Assembly: GCA_002724975.1 (NCBI GenBank)
Contig: PBQF01000039.1
Span: 1,152 to 65,151 of the forward strand
Source: Parcubacteria group bacterium
Lineage (GTDB): Bacteria; Patescibacteriota; Minisyncoccia; Phycocordibacterales; GCA-002724975
Length of the DNA: 64,000 nucleotides
Direction: 5' to 3'
This document shows, one piece after another, positions 37,268-48,063 of the stretch (within the stretch, counting starts at the first letter, position 1; every line of letters begins with the position of its first letter). The notes under the pieces are model-generated. The model made no database searches. It had not been told where the DNA came from and saw nothing but the letters and a program-made list of their open reading frames with translations. A program made the position numbers and the translations under genes.

Positions 37268-38356
37268 TTACTTGGCCTCATGCATGACATGTTCTTCGAC
37301 CAATTTTTTGTTGCCTACCTCGATATCATTTATAAATTCCATGATTACTGTAGCAATCGGAACAGATAGAATTATACCGAGGAAACCAGCCAATCTAACA
37401 CCGATTAAAATAGAGATTATGACAAAAATGGCCGGTAGTCCAGTGACTTTCTTAACAACCAAAGGAAAAATGAGGTGGTTCTCGAACTGCTGAATGATCA
37501 TATATAGAGCCATAACTATAAGACCAGTAGTTACTCCTCCCTGATCAAAACCTAGAACAATAGCCGGAATAGCGGCCAAAATAGGCCCAAATAGAGGTAT
37601 GAGCTCGAAAATAGCTGCTAATACAGCCAGAAGAAAAGCAAATTTTATATCAAGAATAGCAAGCCCTAGATAGACTAATACACCAATTATCAGGCCCAAA
37701 ACTAGCTGCCCCTGCATCCAAAGACCAATTTTAACCTGTGACCTCCTCCATAAATCAACAATGTATTCTTGGTGCTTGGCTGGAGTAATAATTCTCAAAA
37801 AGTTACCAACACCATTTTCTTGAACTGAAAGATAAAAAGAAAGAACAACTATTAATATAAAACTCATAGCGCCGCCGAAAATAGCACTAGCAGTTTTCCA
37901 GAATCCTTCGGTGGCACTGCCAATCATATTTTGAAACTGGCTGACAAAATCAGTAATAGAAAGATTTTGTGATATATCCTTGACCGCTGGATTTAGAATA
38001 CCTAAATCTTTATCATTAATGGGATTCCAAAAATTAATGTTATCAACAAACTGTGGAAGATTAGTTACAAAACTTGAAACCTCTTTAAAAAGAGACGGTA
38101 CAAAAGAATAAAAAAGTCCAATAAAAAAAACTGCCAAAAGAAGATAGACCAAAATGACCGCAGGTAATCTTGGAATTTTGTGTCTTCTGAACCATTTAAC
38201 AGCTGGTTCGATTGCCGAGGCAACAACTACCGAGGTAAGCATGACCAAAACCAAGTCTCTAAAAAGGTAGAGCGCAGAAAACAAAAGAATGAAAAGTATC
38301 GACTTAATAATGGTCCCAGAATCAATATGAATATTGAGGTCTCTTCCTCCTTCCAT
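37268..38356 (-). CDS. AI-2E family transporter
   Basis: ELIPLFGP, QQFENHLIFP, G..GIILSVP motifs. Confidence 0.9.
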   Translation of the reverse strand: MEGGRDLNIHIDSGTIIKSILFILLFSALYLFRDLVLVMLTSVVVASAIEPAVKWFRRHKIPRLPAVILVYLLLAVFFIGLFYSFVPSLFKEVSSFVTNLPQFVDNINFWNPINDKDLGILNPAVKDISQNLSITDFVSQFQNMIGSATEGFWKTASAIFGGAMSFILIVVLSFYLSVQENGVGNFLRIITPAKHQEYIVDLWRRSQVKIGLWMQGQLVLGLIIGVLVYLGLAILDIKFAFLLAVLAAIFELIPLFGPILAAIPAIVLGFDQGGVTTGLIVMALYMIIQQFENHLIFPLVVKKVTGLPAIFVIISILIGVRLAGFLGIILSVPIATVIMEFINDIEVGNKKLVEEHVMHEAK

Positions 38357-38413
38357 TAAGATTATTATTACACTTTAGAAAAAGAGAAGCAAAGGATTAA
38401 ATTTGAGCACCCC

Positions 38414-40348
38414 TTAATCAATAACCCTTTCGCCTCCAGTCTTGAAACTCGGGTCCGTACTTATTCGAGTAGTTAGTTCCCCCTTAGTGCTTTCCAGAAG
38501 AGCGCCGGTAAAATCATCTTTAGCTGTTACCTTAGATTTGTTCACAAGAATCGGAACATTGTTAACCTGACTTAAACTTGGAGTAAAACCTATTTGAAAG
38601 GCCACTTCTCGAGCCGATGAGGAAAATCCCGAGCCGGAAGCAATAGCCCCAACATCCCAAGAAACCTCCCTATTAACAGAGTTGTAATTCAAAGTTTCCT
38701 CCGAAGCGCTTGTGTTAGCGGTCCACCTGATATAAGAAGGGAGTTTAGCTGAAATAACTATGTCCGAAGCATTATTAACGCTGTTACTTAAAGTCCAAAT
38801 AACTGTGTAGGTTGTCTCTACTTCTGCCTTTGGAGGAATAGGACCTGAATTCAAAATTGGTCCTGAAAAATGAACTATTCTGGGTGCCAGAGAAAGATTT
38901 GTATCAAATCTTATACTTTTCTTTGACGAAGAAATAACTTCTTCTGACACATTAGATTCTGAAAGTCTCCTACCTCTAACACTAACATTTAACGAGACCT
39001 CGGGATTTCTTAGAGAAGCCCCGGTAAACTCCATTGAATTAAACCTAAAATTAACAGTGCCATTGTCTCCTGGATTAACAGATTCAAAAAAAGGACTCCT
39101 TTCTTGATTCCAAACAACAATATCACTCAAAGAATCAAAAAATCCTCCTCTAACAAAAACTGAATTTTCATCAACATCTCCAACAATTTTTGCTTCTATT
39201 TCTACATTTGCAATACTTGTTGGTAAATTGTTCTTCCATAGGATATCAACATTCACAATTTCTCCGACTGGAGTACTGTAATTATTTGAGGTGCTGCCAT
39301 CGACTACAATATCAAGAGACAGAAATGGTTTTTTTATAAAAATTAATTGAGTTGATGAAACAAAGGCAGTTTTTAGTTCCTGTTCGTCATCTTCGCTTTG
39401 AAGGCCACTGAAAAATCTAAAAATTCTTTCTTCATTGTCCTGGCCTTCAAGGACTCCTGTTATTTCTATTTTTTTCTCCTCGCCCGGAGACAAATCTCCT
39501 ATTTTCCAAATATTTTGTTCATACGAAGTCCGTGGTACAGATTCTTTAAATGTAAAACCAAATGGATACTCGGCAATAAACATTAAATCTTCTATTAGAT
39601 TATTGGAGTTTGACTTCAGAGTGACATCAAGTGATATTTCTTTACCAGAATTAACTTCTGTTAGAGACTCTATTGAAAAACTTACTGGTGAAGAACTTAT
39701 TTCAATTTCATATTCTTTTTCTTTAAAGAAAATAGCATTTGAACCCGAAACCCTGTATTCAACTGTTAACTTTATCTTTTCTTTGCTTCCCTCTTCCCCA
39801 AAAAGAACAGCATTTATCTCCTGCTCGAATTTATCTCCTGAGCCTATGTTACCTAAAGGAAATCGCTCCCGAGGAAGCTCAAGAGAGAGATTATTTGGTG
39901 ATCTGGTACCATCTGGATACTCAACAATCAAATCGGCTAATTCCAGAGCCGTATTATTATCATTAAAAACAATAATATCTAAAGAAAGTCTTTCCCCTCC
40001 ACTAACCGAGACAGGGCCTGAAACACTAACTTCAACATTGTCTGAAGAAATAATATTCCCCCCACCAAATAAGACAAACGAGGCAATAGCTAAAGCAAGA
40101 ATGAAAAATGCTACAGAACCTACCAAAAACTTTTTTAAAAAATTTCTTTGTTTTTTAGCCATTTGATTTTCTAAGGTTGGATTTTCAACAAGATTTTTCT
40201 TATCCTCTTCGGACCAGTCGTCTCTTATATCATTAACATTAATCCCAGTCGGTCTTCTTATATTCTCATCGGGCTGAGAAAAAGACCTGGAGTCCAGATG
40301 TTTTTTAAGTTCTTCTATTTTACTTTTCTCTTCATTTTCATTCTCCAT
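38414..40348 (-). CDS. Membrane-anchored multi-Ig-like hypothetical protein
   Basis: Single TM followed by repeated beta-sandwich modules (W.IG.L.PGE; GPIPPK....TYTVIW). Confidence 0.7.
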   Translation of the reverse strand: MENENEEKSKIEELKKHLDSRSFSQPDENIRRPTGINVNDIRDDWSEEDKKNLVENPTLENQMAKKQRNFLKKFLVGSVAFFILALAIASFVLFGGGNIISSDNVEVSVSGPVSVSGGERLSLDIIVFNDNNTALELADLIVEYPDGTRSPNNLSLELPRERFPLGNIGSGDKFEQEINAVLFGEEGSKEKIKLTVEYRVSGSNAIFFKEKEYEIEISSSPVSFSIESLTEVNSGKEISLDVTLKSNSNNLIEDLMFIAEYPFGFTFKESVPRTSYEQNIWKIGDLSPGEEKKIEITGVLEGQDNEERIFRFFSGLQSEDDEQELKTAFVSSTQLIFIKKPFLSLDIVVDGSTSNNYSTPVGEIVNVDILWKNNLPTSIANVEIEAKIVGDVDENSVFVRGGFFDSLSDIVVWNQERSPFFESVNPGDNGTVNFRFNSMEFTGASLRNPEVSLNVSVRGRRLSESNVSEEVISSSKKSIRFDTNLSLAPRIVHFSGPILNSGPIPPKAEVETTYTVIWTLSNSVNNASDIVISAKLPSYIRWTANTSASEETLNYNSVNREVSWDVGAIASGSGFSSSAREVAFQIGFTPSLSQVNNVPILVNKSKVTAKDDFTGALLESTKGELTTRISTDPSFKTGGERVID

Positions 40349-40354
40349 AATAAA

Positions 40355-40951
40355 TCAAAGGTCACTAGCTTTAATAGACTGATTTATCTCTTTAACAATA
40401 AGTGGCCTGAAATTATTGGTATAACTCAACATATCACTATTATAATCAGCACCAGCCAACAGGGCTTCTAATTCATGATTGTCTTGCACATATCCCAGAC
40501 TTCTCAAGGTTCTAAGAACGATCAGAGTTTCAAGGTCAGAAACACTTTTATCATCGTGTGCGCCAGACTCCATAAAGTCAAAACCTTTGGTTATTATATC
40601 AAATAACTCCCTGTTGCTGTCCTCTTCGCCGAGAACCCTTTTCAAAAAAAGAAGCACTCTGGTGGAAGACTGAAGTTTTATTTTGTTATTTCTAAATGAG
40701 TCAGGAAGATTTTTTATCTTGTAAGCCTCGGTTATGTGCCAGCCATTTTTACCTTTAATTAGATAGAGATTAATTAGAAAAAGATTCTGTAAATTGTACT
40801 TGAGCTTCGACTTTAACTCCCTAACGCCCTGCGCTCTAACTCGAATAAGACCAAAATCCCGAGTAAAAATATTATAATTTCTACTGGCTTCGCCAATATT
40901 TGCTCCACCAATAACAATACCTGCGGTTTTATATTTTGTGTAAGACATCAC
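40355..40951 (-). CDS. recO: DNA repair protein RecO
   Basis: GEA....IFTRDFGLI...AQGVR..KSKL; LGY. Confidence 0.85.
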   Translation of the reverse strand: MMSYTKYKTAGIVIGGANIGEASRNYNIFTRDFGLIRVRAQGVRELKSKLKYNLQNLFLINLYLIKGKNGWHITEAYKIKNLPDSFRNNKIKLQSSTRVLLFLKRVLGEEDSNRELFDIITKGFDFMESGAHDDKSVSDLETLIVLRTLRSLGYVQDNHELEALLAGADYNSDMLSYTNNFRPLIVKEINQSIKASDL

Positions 40952-43900
40952 TTAATTTTAATAGTTAAGGTTATCTCTCCTACCTTAACTTCTTCGCCTT
41001 CTAGAGAACTCTCTTTTTTAATAGAGTCTAGACCACAAACACTTTTTATTTCCTCTTGATGTTTATCAATAAAACTGGTATCTCCATCCGAAGAAAAAGA
41101 TAAAGAAATGGTGTCGCCTGGCTTCAGGCCCATATTCTTTCTCGTGTTTTGAATATACCTGATTAAATCTCTAGCATCACCTTCCTCTCGAAGCTCGGGG
41201 GTAATTTCTACATCAAGCTCAACTTCTAGTGATAAATTCTTGTCAAAAACCACTTTTTTTATATTAGTCTCATCTTTAATTAGATTAATAAGTTCATCTC
41301 TAGCTTTTAACTTTTCGCTTTTAACTTTTAACTCATTCAACGGTTGTCTAACCTTAATTCCAGCAGACGATCTGGCCTCAAGACCAAGAGATACTATATT
41401 TCGAATTTCTTTCATTTCTGAGAGAATATCTTGGTCTACAGAGCCAGTTTTTAGCCATTCATCTAAATGCACGCTCTCTTTCTCTCCACCCACCTTTCCA
41501 TACAAATCTTCCGCAATAAACGGAGTGAATGGAGCCATCAATTTGGAAAGTTCTTGTAAAACATGTCTAGTAGTAGATAAAGCATTTTGTTTGTCCTCAC
41601 CTTTCCCCTTAAATCTATCTCGTGACCTTCGAATATACCAAGTAGATAAATCGTTAATGAAATCAATAAATGGCCGTGCGGCTCTGTCTAGTTCATATTC
41701 ATCCATTGCTTTTGTTACTTCTTCGTTTAATTCTCCCAGACGAGAAATAATCCACTGATCTAAAACATTTTTGGAATCGGAACTACTTTCCTCTCCTTCT
41801 TTAAAAAGCTCATAAAATGAGAGAACATTTTGTAAACGCAAAATCACTTTCTTGTAAACTTCATCAACTCCGCTTTCTAAAAAGTTTAAATCTTCCCCTT
41901 TCATCACAGGAGATGACAAGAGATAAAGTCTCAGAGCATCAACTCCATATTTATCAAAAATAAGAAGTGGGTCAGGATAATTCTGTTTTGACTTAGACAT
42001 TTTACTACCATCTTCTGCTAAAACATTTCCGGTTGTAACAACATTTCTAAAAGCCACATCCCCAAAAAGCATAGTTGAAATTGTATGAGTGTAATAGAAC
42101 CATGTTCTCGTCTGCGCAATATATTCAGCAATAAAGTCAGCTGGAAATTGCTTACCCTCCTTCGGATTAAATTCTTCTGTATTTTCAAAGGGATAATGAT
42201 TTTGCGCAAAAGGCATTGACCCTGATTCGAACCAACAATCAAATACCTCTGGAACTCTTTTCATTTGCCCCCCACAGGAACAATTAAATTCCACAATATC
42301 AATGTAAGGTCTATGTAAATCAAGCTCATACAAATCATTATGTGGCAGGATATTAAACTCTACTTCTCGTACTTCGGAGTTATCAAAATAATCGATGTTT
42401 TCAACCAAATAATTTGCATCCCTGCCCATCGCCGCTCCATATAAAAGATGAATTGGCGTTCTGTGGCTTATTATAAGGATATTTTTGCCTTGATATTTTG
42501 AATCAATTTCATATATAAACTCTCCCATTCTTACTCTTATATCATTCCTGTTCTCGCCGTGCGGACATTTCTTTTCAAACTTTTCGTGCGTATTGCTGAA
42601 AAGTTTAGAATATTCTTCAATCGTTTCGCCATCATATTCCCCAAAGTCTTTCTCGGCAAGCCGTTTGTCATAAACAACTTCAAGACCAAGTTCTTTTGAA
42701 ATAATTTCTGCAGATTCTTTGGCCCTTAAGACTGGTGACGAAAAAATTAAATCAATCTTTTCATTTTTTAATTCCCTTGCTCTCGCCAGAATGTTTTTCT
42801 CTCCCTCGCTAGTTAAATGATTGTCTTTATTACTTCCAGAGTCCAGATATTGTTTTAAATTACTATCAGCGTTGCCGTGACGCATGACAAGATATTTGTT
42901 GCTATTATTTTTTAAACCAAGATCGTCTATTGAACCAACAACTTTCAGAGCATTGCATAAATGACATTTCCAAATTGGAAGAGGAGAAGCCCAGTATCTT
43001 GAGCGAGAAACATTCCAGTCAGGTGCGGTTTCTACAATATGTTCAAATCTGCCATGTTTTAGGTGTTCAGGTATCCATTTAATTTTTTTATTAAGCTCCA
43101 AAATTTCATTTTTTACTTTTTGTATGTTTACAAACCATGCTTCCATAGCATTATAGAAAAGAGGAGTTTCACATCTATAACAATGGGGATAGCTGTGTGT
43201 GTAAAGAATTTCTTTAAAGACAAGGTTATTCTTTTTTAGGAAGTCTAATATATCTTTTTCTGAATCTTTAAAATATTGACCCTTGATTGAGTCTAGAGAA
43301 TCATCATTAAAATACCCTCTCGAATCAAGAAGTGGAATTGCTGGTAAATCTTTTTCTAATCCAAGACGATAATCATCTTCCCCATAAATAACAGCTGTGT
43401 GAACAACACCTGTTCCCTCTTCGATTGAAACAAAATCAGCCGTAGTTATATACCAAGCTTTTTTATCAGATTTCTCAACTTTATCTATATTAAATAATGG
43501 TTCGTATTGAAGGCCGTCTAGAGCCCCGCCAAGGAGTATGCCACTAACTTTTCTCCTTCCGCCAACACCAACATCTTCCTTTTTATCCTTTGCTACAATC
43601 AGATTTTCCCCATCCATATTCCACATTTCGTATTCAATATCTTCTCCCACAGCCAAAGCTACATTTCCAGGCAAAGTCCAAGGGGTTGTTGTCCAAGCCA
43701 AGATATAAGTATTTTCATCAACAATTCCCCAGTCTTGAATTTCTTGTCCGGGCTTCAACTTAAATTTAACAGTTACAGATGTGTCTGTAACGTCCTTATA
43801 ACTATTATCCATAGCAATTTCTGCTTTTGCTAACGAAGTCTCACACCTTGGACAATATAAAAGCACTTTCCTTCCTTCATAAATTAAATCTTTGTCATAG

Positions 43901-44394
43901 ACCTGTTTGAAAGCCCACCAAACAGATTCAATATATGCATTGTCCATTGTTTTATAAGAGCCATCAAAATCAACCCATCTGGCAAATCTTTTTATTGTCT
44001 CTCTCCACTCGTCTACATAATGAAGAACTTTGCTTCTTGCAATTTGGTTAAATTCTTTAATGCCAATCTTTTCTATTTCTTTCCTACTTGAAATACCAAG
44101 TTCTTTTTCAACAATGGTCTCAATAGGCAAACCGTGACAATCCCAGCCCCATCTTCTGGGGACATGATATCCTTTCATAGTCCAATACCTTCCAACAACA
44201 TCCTTTACCGCTGAACCAAGAAGATGCCCGTAGTGGGGTGTCCCAGTTGCAAATGGCGGACCATCATAAAAAGTAAATGGTTTATTATTTTTGGTTTGTT
44301 CTAGAGATTTCTCGAAAATTTTATTCTCTTGCCAAAACTTTAAAATTTCTTTCTCTCTTTTAGCTATTTCGCTTTTTTTATTTTCTTGAGCCAT
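40948..44394 (-). CDS. ileS: Isoleucine--tRNA ligase (type 2) with inserted histidine-phosphatase domain
   Basis: DGPPFATGTPHYGH, WTTTPWTL and KMSKS; internal RHG...SP..RA.ESA...E.DFG. Confidence 0.95.
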   Translation of the reverse strand: MAQENKKSEIAKREKEILKFWQENKIFEKSLEQTKNNKPFTFYDGPPFATGTPHYGHLLGSAVKDVVGRYWTMKGYHVPRRWGWDCHGLPIETIVEKELGISSRKEIEKIGIKEFNQIARSKVLHYVDEWRETIKRFARWVDFDGSYKTMDNAYIESVWWAFKQVYDKDLIYEGRKVLLYCPRCETSLAKAEIAMDNSYKDVTDTSVTVKFKLKPGQEIQDWGIVDENTYILAWTTTPWTLPGNVALAVGEDIEYEMWNMDGENLIVAKDKKEDVGVGGRRKVSGILLGGALDGLQYEPLFNIDKVEKSDKKAWYITTADFVSIEEGTGVVHTAVIYGEDDYRLGLEKDLPAIPLLDSRGYFNDDSLDSIKGQYFKDSEKDILDFLKKNNLVFKEILYTHSYPHCYRCETPLFYNAMEAWFVNIQKVKNEILELNKKIKWIPEHLKHGRFEHIVETAPDWNVSRSRYWASPLPIWKCHLCNALKVVGSIDDLGLKNNSNKYLVMRHGNADSNLKQYLDSGSNKDNHLTSEGEKNILARARELKNEKIDLIFSSPVLRAKESAEIISKELGLEVVYDKRLAEKDFGEYDGETIEEYSKLFSNTHEKFEKKCPHGENRNDIRVRMGEFIYEIDSKYQGKNILIISHRTPIHLLYGAAMGRDANYLVENIDYFDNSEVREVEFNILPHNDLYELDLHRPYIDIVEFNCSCGGQMKRVPEVFDCWFESGSMPFAQNHYPFENTEEFNPKEGKQFPADFIAEYIAQTRTWFYYTHTISTMLFGDVAFRNVVTTGNVLAEDGSKMSKSKQNYPDPLLIFDKYGVDALRLYLLSSPVMKGEDLNFLESGVDEVYKKVILRLQNVLSFYELFKEGEESSSDSKNVLDQWIISRLGELNEEVTKAMDEYELDRAARPFIDFINDLSTWYIRRSRDRFKGKGEDKQNALSTTRHVLQELSKLMAPFTPFIAEDLYGKVGGEKESVHLDEWLKTGSVDQDILSEMKEIRNIVSLGLEARSSAGIKVRQPLNELKVKSEKLKARDELINLIKDETNIKKVVFDKNLSLEVELDVEITPELREEGDARDLIRYIQNTRKNMGLKPGDTISLSFSSDGDTSFIDKHQEEIKSVCGLDSIKKESSLEGEEVKVGEITLTIKIK

Positions 44395-44420
44395 AAATTA
44401 TTTATAGTAAACTTGTCGAA

Positions 44421-46085
44421 TTACATTTTTTCTGGAATTTTAATTCCCAAAAGATGAAGACCGTTTTTTAAAGTGTTGGCTACAGCCTTAGTTAAAAATA
44501 TTTTGTACTCGCCACCCTCTTCTACAATTTTCTGTGTTGCATAAAAACCATTAAAGCTACCCGCCAAATCAATCAAGAATTTGGATATTAACTGCGGAGA
44601 TTTGTCCTGCCAAGCCCTCAAAATAACTTCAGGAAATTTATAAAGCATTCTCTCAATTTCGATTGATTCCCAGTCATCCGGCAATTCGTTGGAAGGTTTT
44701 AAGCCCTTGGCTTTAGCAATATCCAAAACAGATTTTGCTCGAACAGTTGTATACTGTAAATATGGCCCTGAATCGCCCTCAAATGAGATTGATTTATCAA
44801 AATTAAAGATAATATCTCGACCAATTCCTTGCTTTAAAATCGAATACTTTAAGGCGGAAATAGCTACCATTTCAGCTACTTCTTCCCGATTCTCAACCTC
44901 TCTTTCCTCCATTACCTCTAAAACTTTATCCTGTATTTCCCCGAGCAAAGAATCTGCCGAAATCACGTCACCTGTTCTTGAAGACATCTTTCCTTCTGAT
45001 AGACGAAGCATTCCATGTCCAATATGAGTTGTTTTGTTAGCAAATCCTTCCTTTTCATAAACATGCTTCATTACTTCAAGTAAAACATCAAAGTAAGCAT
45101 TCACTTCGTTACCTGAAATGACATAGGATTCGTCGTAAGAAAAATATTCATCCTTAATTTTGGCTAGACCAAGTTCTTTTGCTTCATAAGTTGGTAGTCC
45201 AACAGAATTAATAAAAACTCTTGTATGAAGTCCGTAATTTTCTCCTTTGAAAACAATGGCTCCGTCACTCTTTTGAAAAAGATTTGCATTACTCTCAACT
45301 ATTTCCCTTCCCTCTTTCCCAGCCTCGCTCTCAAAAAACAACTTGTCAAATTCTGTGCCAAGTTTTTCATACATTTTTTCAAAATTATCCAGAGAAATTT
45401 CCTTACCTTGATCGTAAACTCTATTTATTTCCTCGTCCTCCCTACTATAAATCTTTTTGTTAATTTCTATAATCTCTTCTTTTGCCTTTTCGTCTTCTTC
45501 AAAACTTTTTGATCCTTTCGAATACGCCTCTCCCAAATCTTCATTTGTTTCTACTTTTTTCTTATCTTTCAAAATACTCCAAATAGCTTTAGCAATATGA
45601 AGTCCAACATCACCTTGATAATTTACCCTTCTCACATCAGCACCACCGAATTCTGCAATTCTTGAAAGAGATTCCCCGATAGTGTTAGTCATTAAATGCC
45701 CAATATGAAAAATCTTAAATGGGTTTGGGTCTGTATATTCAAGAATTACTTTTTTACCTGCAAGTGTTTTATTTTTACCAAAGCTTTCTTTAGTAGCATC
45801 CTTTAAACTGCTTGCAAAAAATTCTTTAGTTAGATGGAAATTAATAAACCCCGCTCCGGCTACATCAATTTTCTCTACTTCTTTTGGTTTTTCTAGATTC
45901 TCGACTATCTTCTCTGCTAGTTCTTTAGGGGAGTTTTTCTCTTTTTTAGATAGAATTAGAGCGATATTTGTTGAGTAGTCTCCATGAGAAAAATCTCCCG
46001 GGTGCTCAAAAATAACCTTATCGGCCGAAAGCCCAAGCTTTCCCAATGATTTCTGTAGTTTTTCCTTTAAAATATCGCTTATCAT
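44421..46085 (-). CDS. argS: Arginine--tRNA ligase
   Basis: GDYSTN, PNP.K.FHIGH, KMSSRTG, GDSGPYLQY. Confidence 0.96.
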   Translation of the reverse strand: MISDILKEKLQKSLGKLGLSADKVIFEHPGDFSHGDYSTNIALILSKKEKNSPKELAEKIVENLEKPKEVEKIDVAGAGFINFHLTKEFFASSLKDATKESFGKNKTLAGKKVILEYTDPNPFKIFHIGHLMTNTIGESLSRIAEFGGADVRRVNYQGDVGLHIAKAIWSILKDKKKVETNEDLGEAYSKGSKSFEEDEKAKEEIIEINKKIYSREDEEINRVYDQGKEISLDNFEKMYEKLGTEFDKLFFESEAGKEGREIVESNANLFQKSDGAIVFKGENYGLHTRVFINSVGLPTYEAKELGLAKIKDEYFSYDESYVISGNEVNAYFDVLLEVMKHVYEKEGFANKTTHIGHGMLRLSEGKMSSRTGDVISADSLLGEIQDKVLEVMEEREVENREEVAEMVAISALKYSILKQGIGRDIIFNFDKSISFEGDSGPYLQYTTVRAKSVLDIAKAKGLKPSNELPDDWESIEIERMLYKFPEVILRAWQDKSPQLISKFLIDLAGSFNGFYATQKIVEEGGEYKIFLTKAVANTLKNGLHLLGIKIPEKM

Positions 46086-46133
46086 AGGGCAAATTTTATC
46101 ATGATTACGGGCATATGCTAGAATAGTTGGAAT

Positions 46134-46796
46134 ATGGCACTCTCAAATAAAAGAATTCTTAAGGAAAAGAAGAAAGGAGACATTGTCATTGCCCCATTCA
46201 AAAAAGAGTACCTAAATACTTCAAGTTACGACCTCACTCTTGGCGAATATTATTTTCGAGAAAAGAAATCCCCCAACTACATGGGTATTTATAATATCTA
46301 TAAGAAAAGACACACTGAAGTTATCTGGGGAACAAAGCCAGAAAAGGCCACGAAAGCTAAGGAGGTTGTTCGTAATCCAGAGTTATTGGGTCTAGATCCT
46401 AATATGAGAATTATTCTTCTTGATCCAGGAGAAACAATCTTGGCCCACACCAATGAATTCATAGGCGGCAGGAATCATATTACAACTATGATGAAAGCAC
46501 GCTCTTCTCTTGGAAGAAACTTTATCGAGGTTTGTAAATGTGCTGGTTGGGGCGATGTTGGTTATACCAATCGTTGGACTATGGAAATCACAAACAATTC
46601 TAGAAGATATACTATTCCTCTTGCTGTTGGAGGCAGAATTGCTCAAATGATATTTTTTGAAACAGGAGAGATACTAGGCTCGGATTATACAAAAACTGGA
46701 AAATACCAGAGCAAAAAATCACTTAAAGATTTAAAAAAGGAGTGGAAACCCCAGATGATGCTCCCAAAACTTTATAAAGACTTTGAGAAGAAATAA
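46134..46796 (+). CDS. dcd: dCTP deaminase
   Basis: SYDLTLG, ARSSLGR, GDVGY...WTMEI.N, RIAQ. Confidence 0.85.
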   Translation: MALSNKRILKEKKKGDIVIAPFKKEYLNTSSYDLTLGEYYFREKKSPNYMGIYNIYKKRHTEVIWGTKPEKATKAKEVVRNPELLGLDPNMRIILLDPGETILAHTNEFIGGRNHITTMMKARSSLGRNFIEVCKCAGWGDVGYTNRWTMEITNNSRRYTIPLAVGGRIAQMIFFETGEILGSDYTKTGKYQSKKSLKDLKKEWKPQMMLPKLYKDFEKK

Positions 46797-46798
46797 GC

Positions 46799-47221
46799 CT
46801 ACTTGGTCTCAATACCCATTGAACGAGCGGATCCTTCAATAATTCTCCTTGCTCCTTCAATATCTTTAGCATTTAAATCAACCATTTTCTTCTCAGCAAT
46901 TTCCTTTACTTGAGCTTTAGTAACACTCCCCGCTTTACTAACGGTGTTTTTCCCAGAACCTTTTTTAATTCCAGCCGCCTTTATTAAAAGGGATGATGTC
47001 GGCGGGGTCTTTGTAATAAAATCAAAGCTTCTGTCTTCATAAACCGAAATAACAACAGGTACTAACTCCCCTCTTTTATCTTGTGTCGCTTCGTTAAATC
47101 TGGTGATGAATTCTCCAATATTTATTCCTGCTTGACCAAGAGTTGGGCCCAAAGGAGGAGCCGGTGTTGCGGCACCACCTTGGACAATTGTCTTAACTTT
47201 TTTTACAACTTGTTTTGCCAT
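46799..47221 (-). CDS. rplK: 50S ribosomal protein L11
   Basis: [23 protein letters not shown]. Confidence 0.97.
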   Translation of the reverse strand: MAKQVVKKVKTIVQGGAATPAPPLGPTLGQAGINIGEFITRFNEATQDKRGELVPVVISVYEDRSFDFITKTPPTSSLLIKAAGIKKGSGKNTVSKAGSVTKAQVKEIAEKKMVDLNAKDIEGARRIIEGSARSMGIETK

Positions 47222-47223
47222 AT

Positions 47224-47769
47224 CTATATCTTTTTAACTTGAAGGTAATCGAGTTCAACCGGAGTTTCTCTACCAAACATTGAGACCATAACCTTAACCT
47301 TGCCTTTACCTTCATCAACTTCTCCAATCTTTCCTTCAAGTTCTTTAAACGGCCCATCGATTATAGAGACATGGTCGTCGATTTGCAAATCAATCTTATG
47401 TTTCAGCGTATCAGTACTCATCTTGTTAAATAATTCATCAATTTCCTCCTTCATTAAAGGAGTCGGGTGAATTCCAGAACCAACAAAGCCGGTCACTCTG
47501 GGAGTATTTCGAACAATGTACCAAGAGTCATCCGTCACAACCATATCTACCAAGACATAACCAGGATAAATTTTTTCTTCTTCAACAACTCTTTTGCCTC
47601 TCTTTATTTTTATTTTCTTTTCAGTTGGAACAACGACATCAAAAATTCTATTTTCATAACCCAAAGACTCAACTCTCTGTTTAAGATTGTGTGCTACTGC
47701 GTTTTCATATCCGGCATAAGTATGGATTGCATACCAATGCCTTTGTCCGTCTGTTTGTTGTTTACCCAT
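47224..47769 (-). CDS. nusG: Transcription factor NusG
   Basis: [23 protein letters not shown]...[10 protein letters not shown]. Confidence 0.97.
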   Translation of the reverse strand: MGKQQTDGQRHWYAIHTYAGYENAVAHNLKQRVESLGYENRIFDVVVPTEKKIKIKRGKRVVEEEKIYPGYVLVDMVVTDDSWYIVRNTPRVTGFVGSGIHPTPLMKEEIDELFNKMSTDTLKHKIDLQIDDHVSIIDGPFKELEGKIGEVDEGKGKVKVMVSMFGRETPVELDYLQVKKI

Positions 47770-47771
47770 AA

Positions 47772-47948
47772 TTAAATTATTGCCTTCAGAATCTCCGAGA
47801 AAATAAAGTCAAATAGTCCAAGATATGCTGCTGTTAAAAGAGATATTAAAATAACTAAAACAGTAAAGGCAACTGACTGGAACCTTGTCGGCCAAGAGAC
47901 ATGCTTCATCTCTCCTTTTGTGTCCCTAATGTAATCTATTATTTTCAT
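47772..47948 (-). CDS. secE: Preprotein translocase subunit SecE
   Basis: Below ORF-track cutoff. Manual translation MKIIDYIRDTKGEMKHVSWPTR...YLGLFD; upstream of nusG. Confidence 0.92.
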   Translation of the reverse strand: MKIIDYIRDTKGEMKHVSWPTRFQSVAFTVLVILISLLTAAYLGLFDFIFSEILKAII

Positions 47949-48063
47949 AATTTTGACATTTTTAAAAGCCCTCTCGGGGCTTATTTACCGTCATAGTATC
48001 AGAATTATAAAAATGGTCAAGACCCCGTGCATAAAGTGGATTCATATGAATATCAAACGGGAT

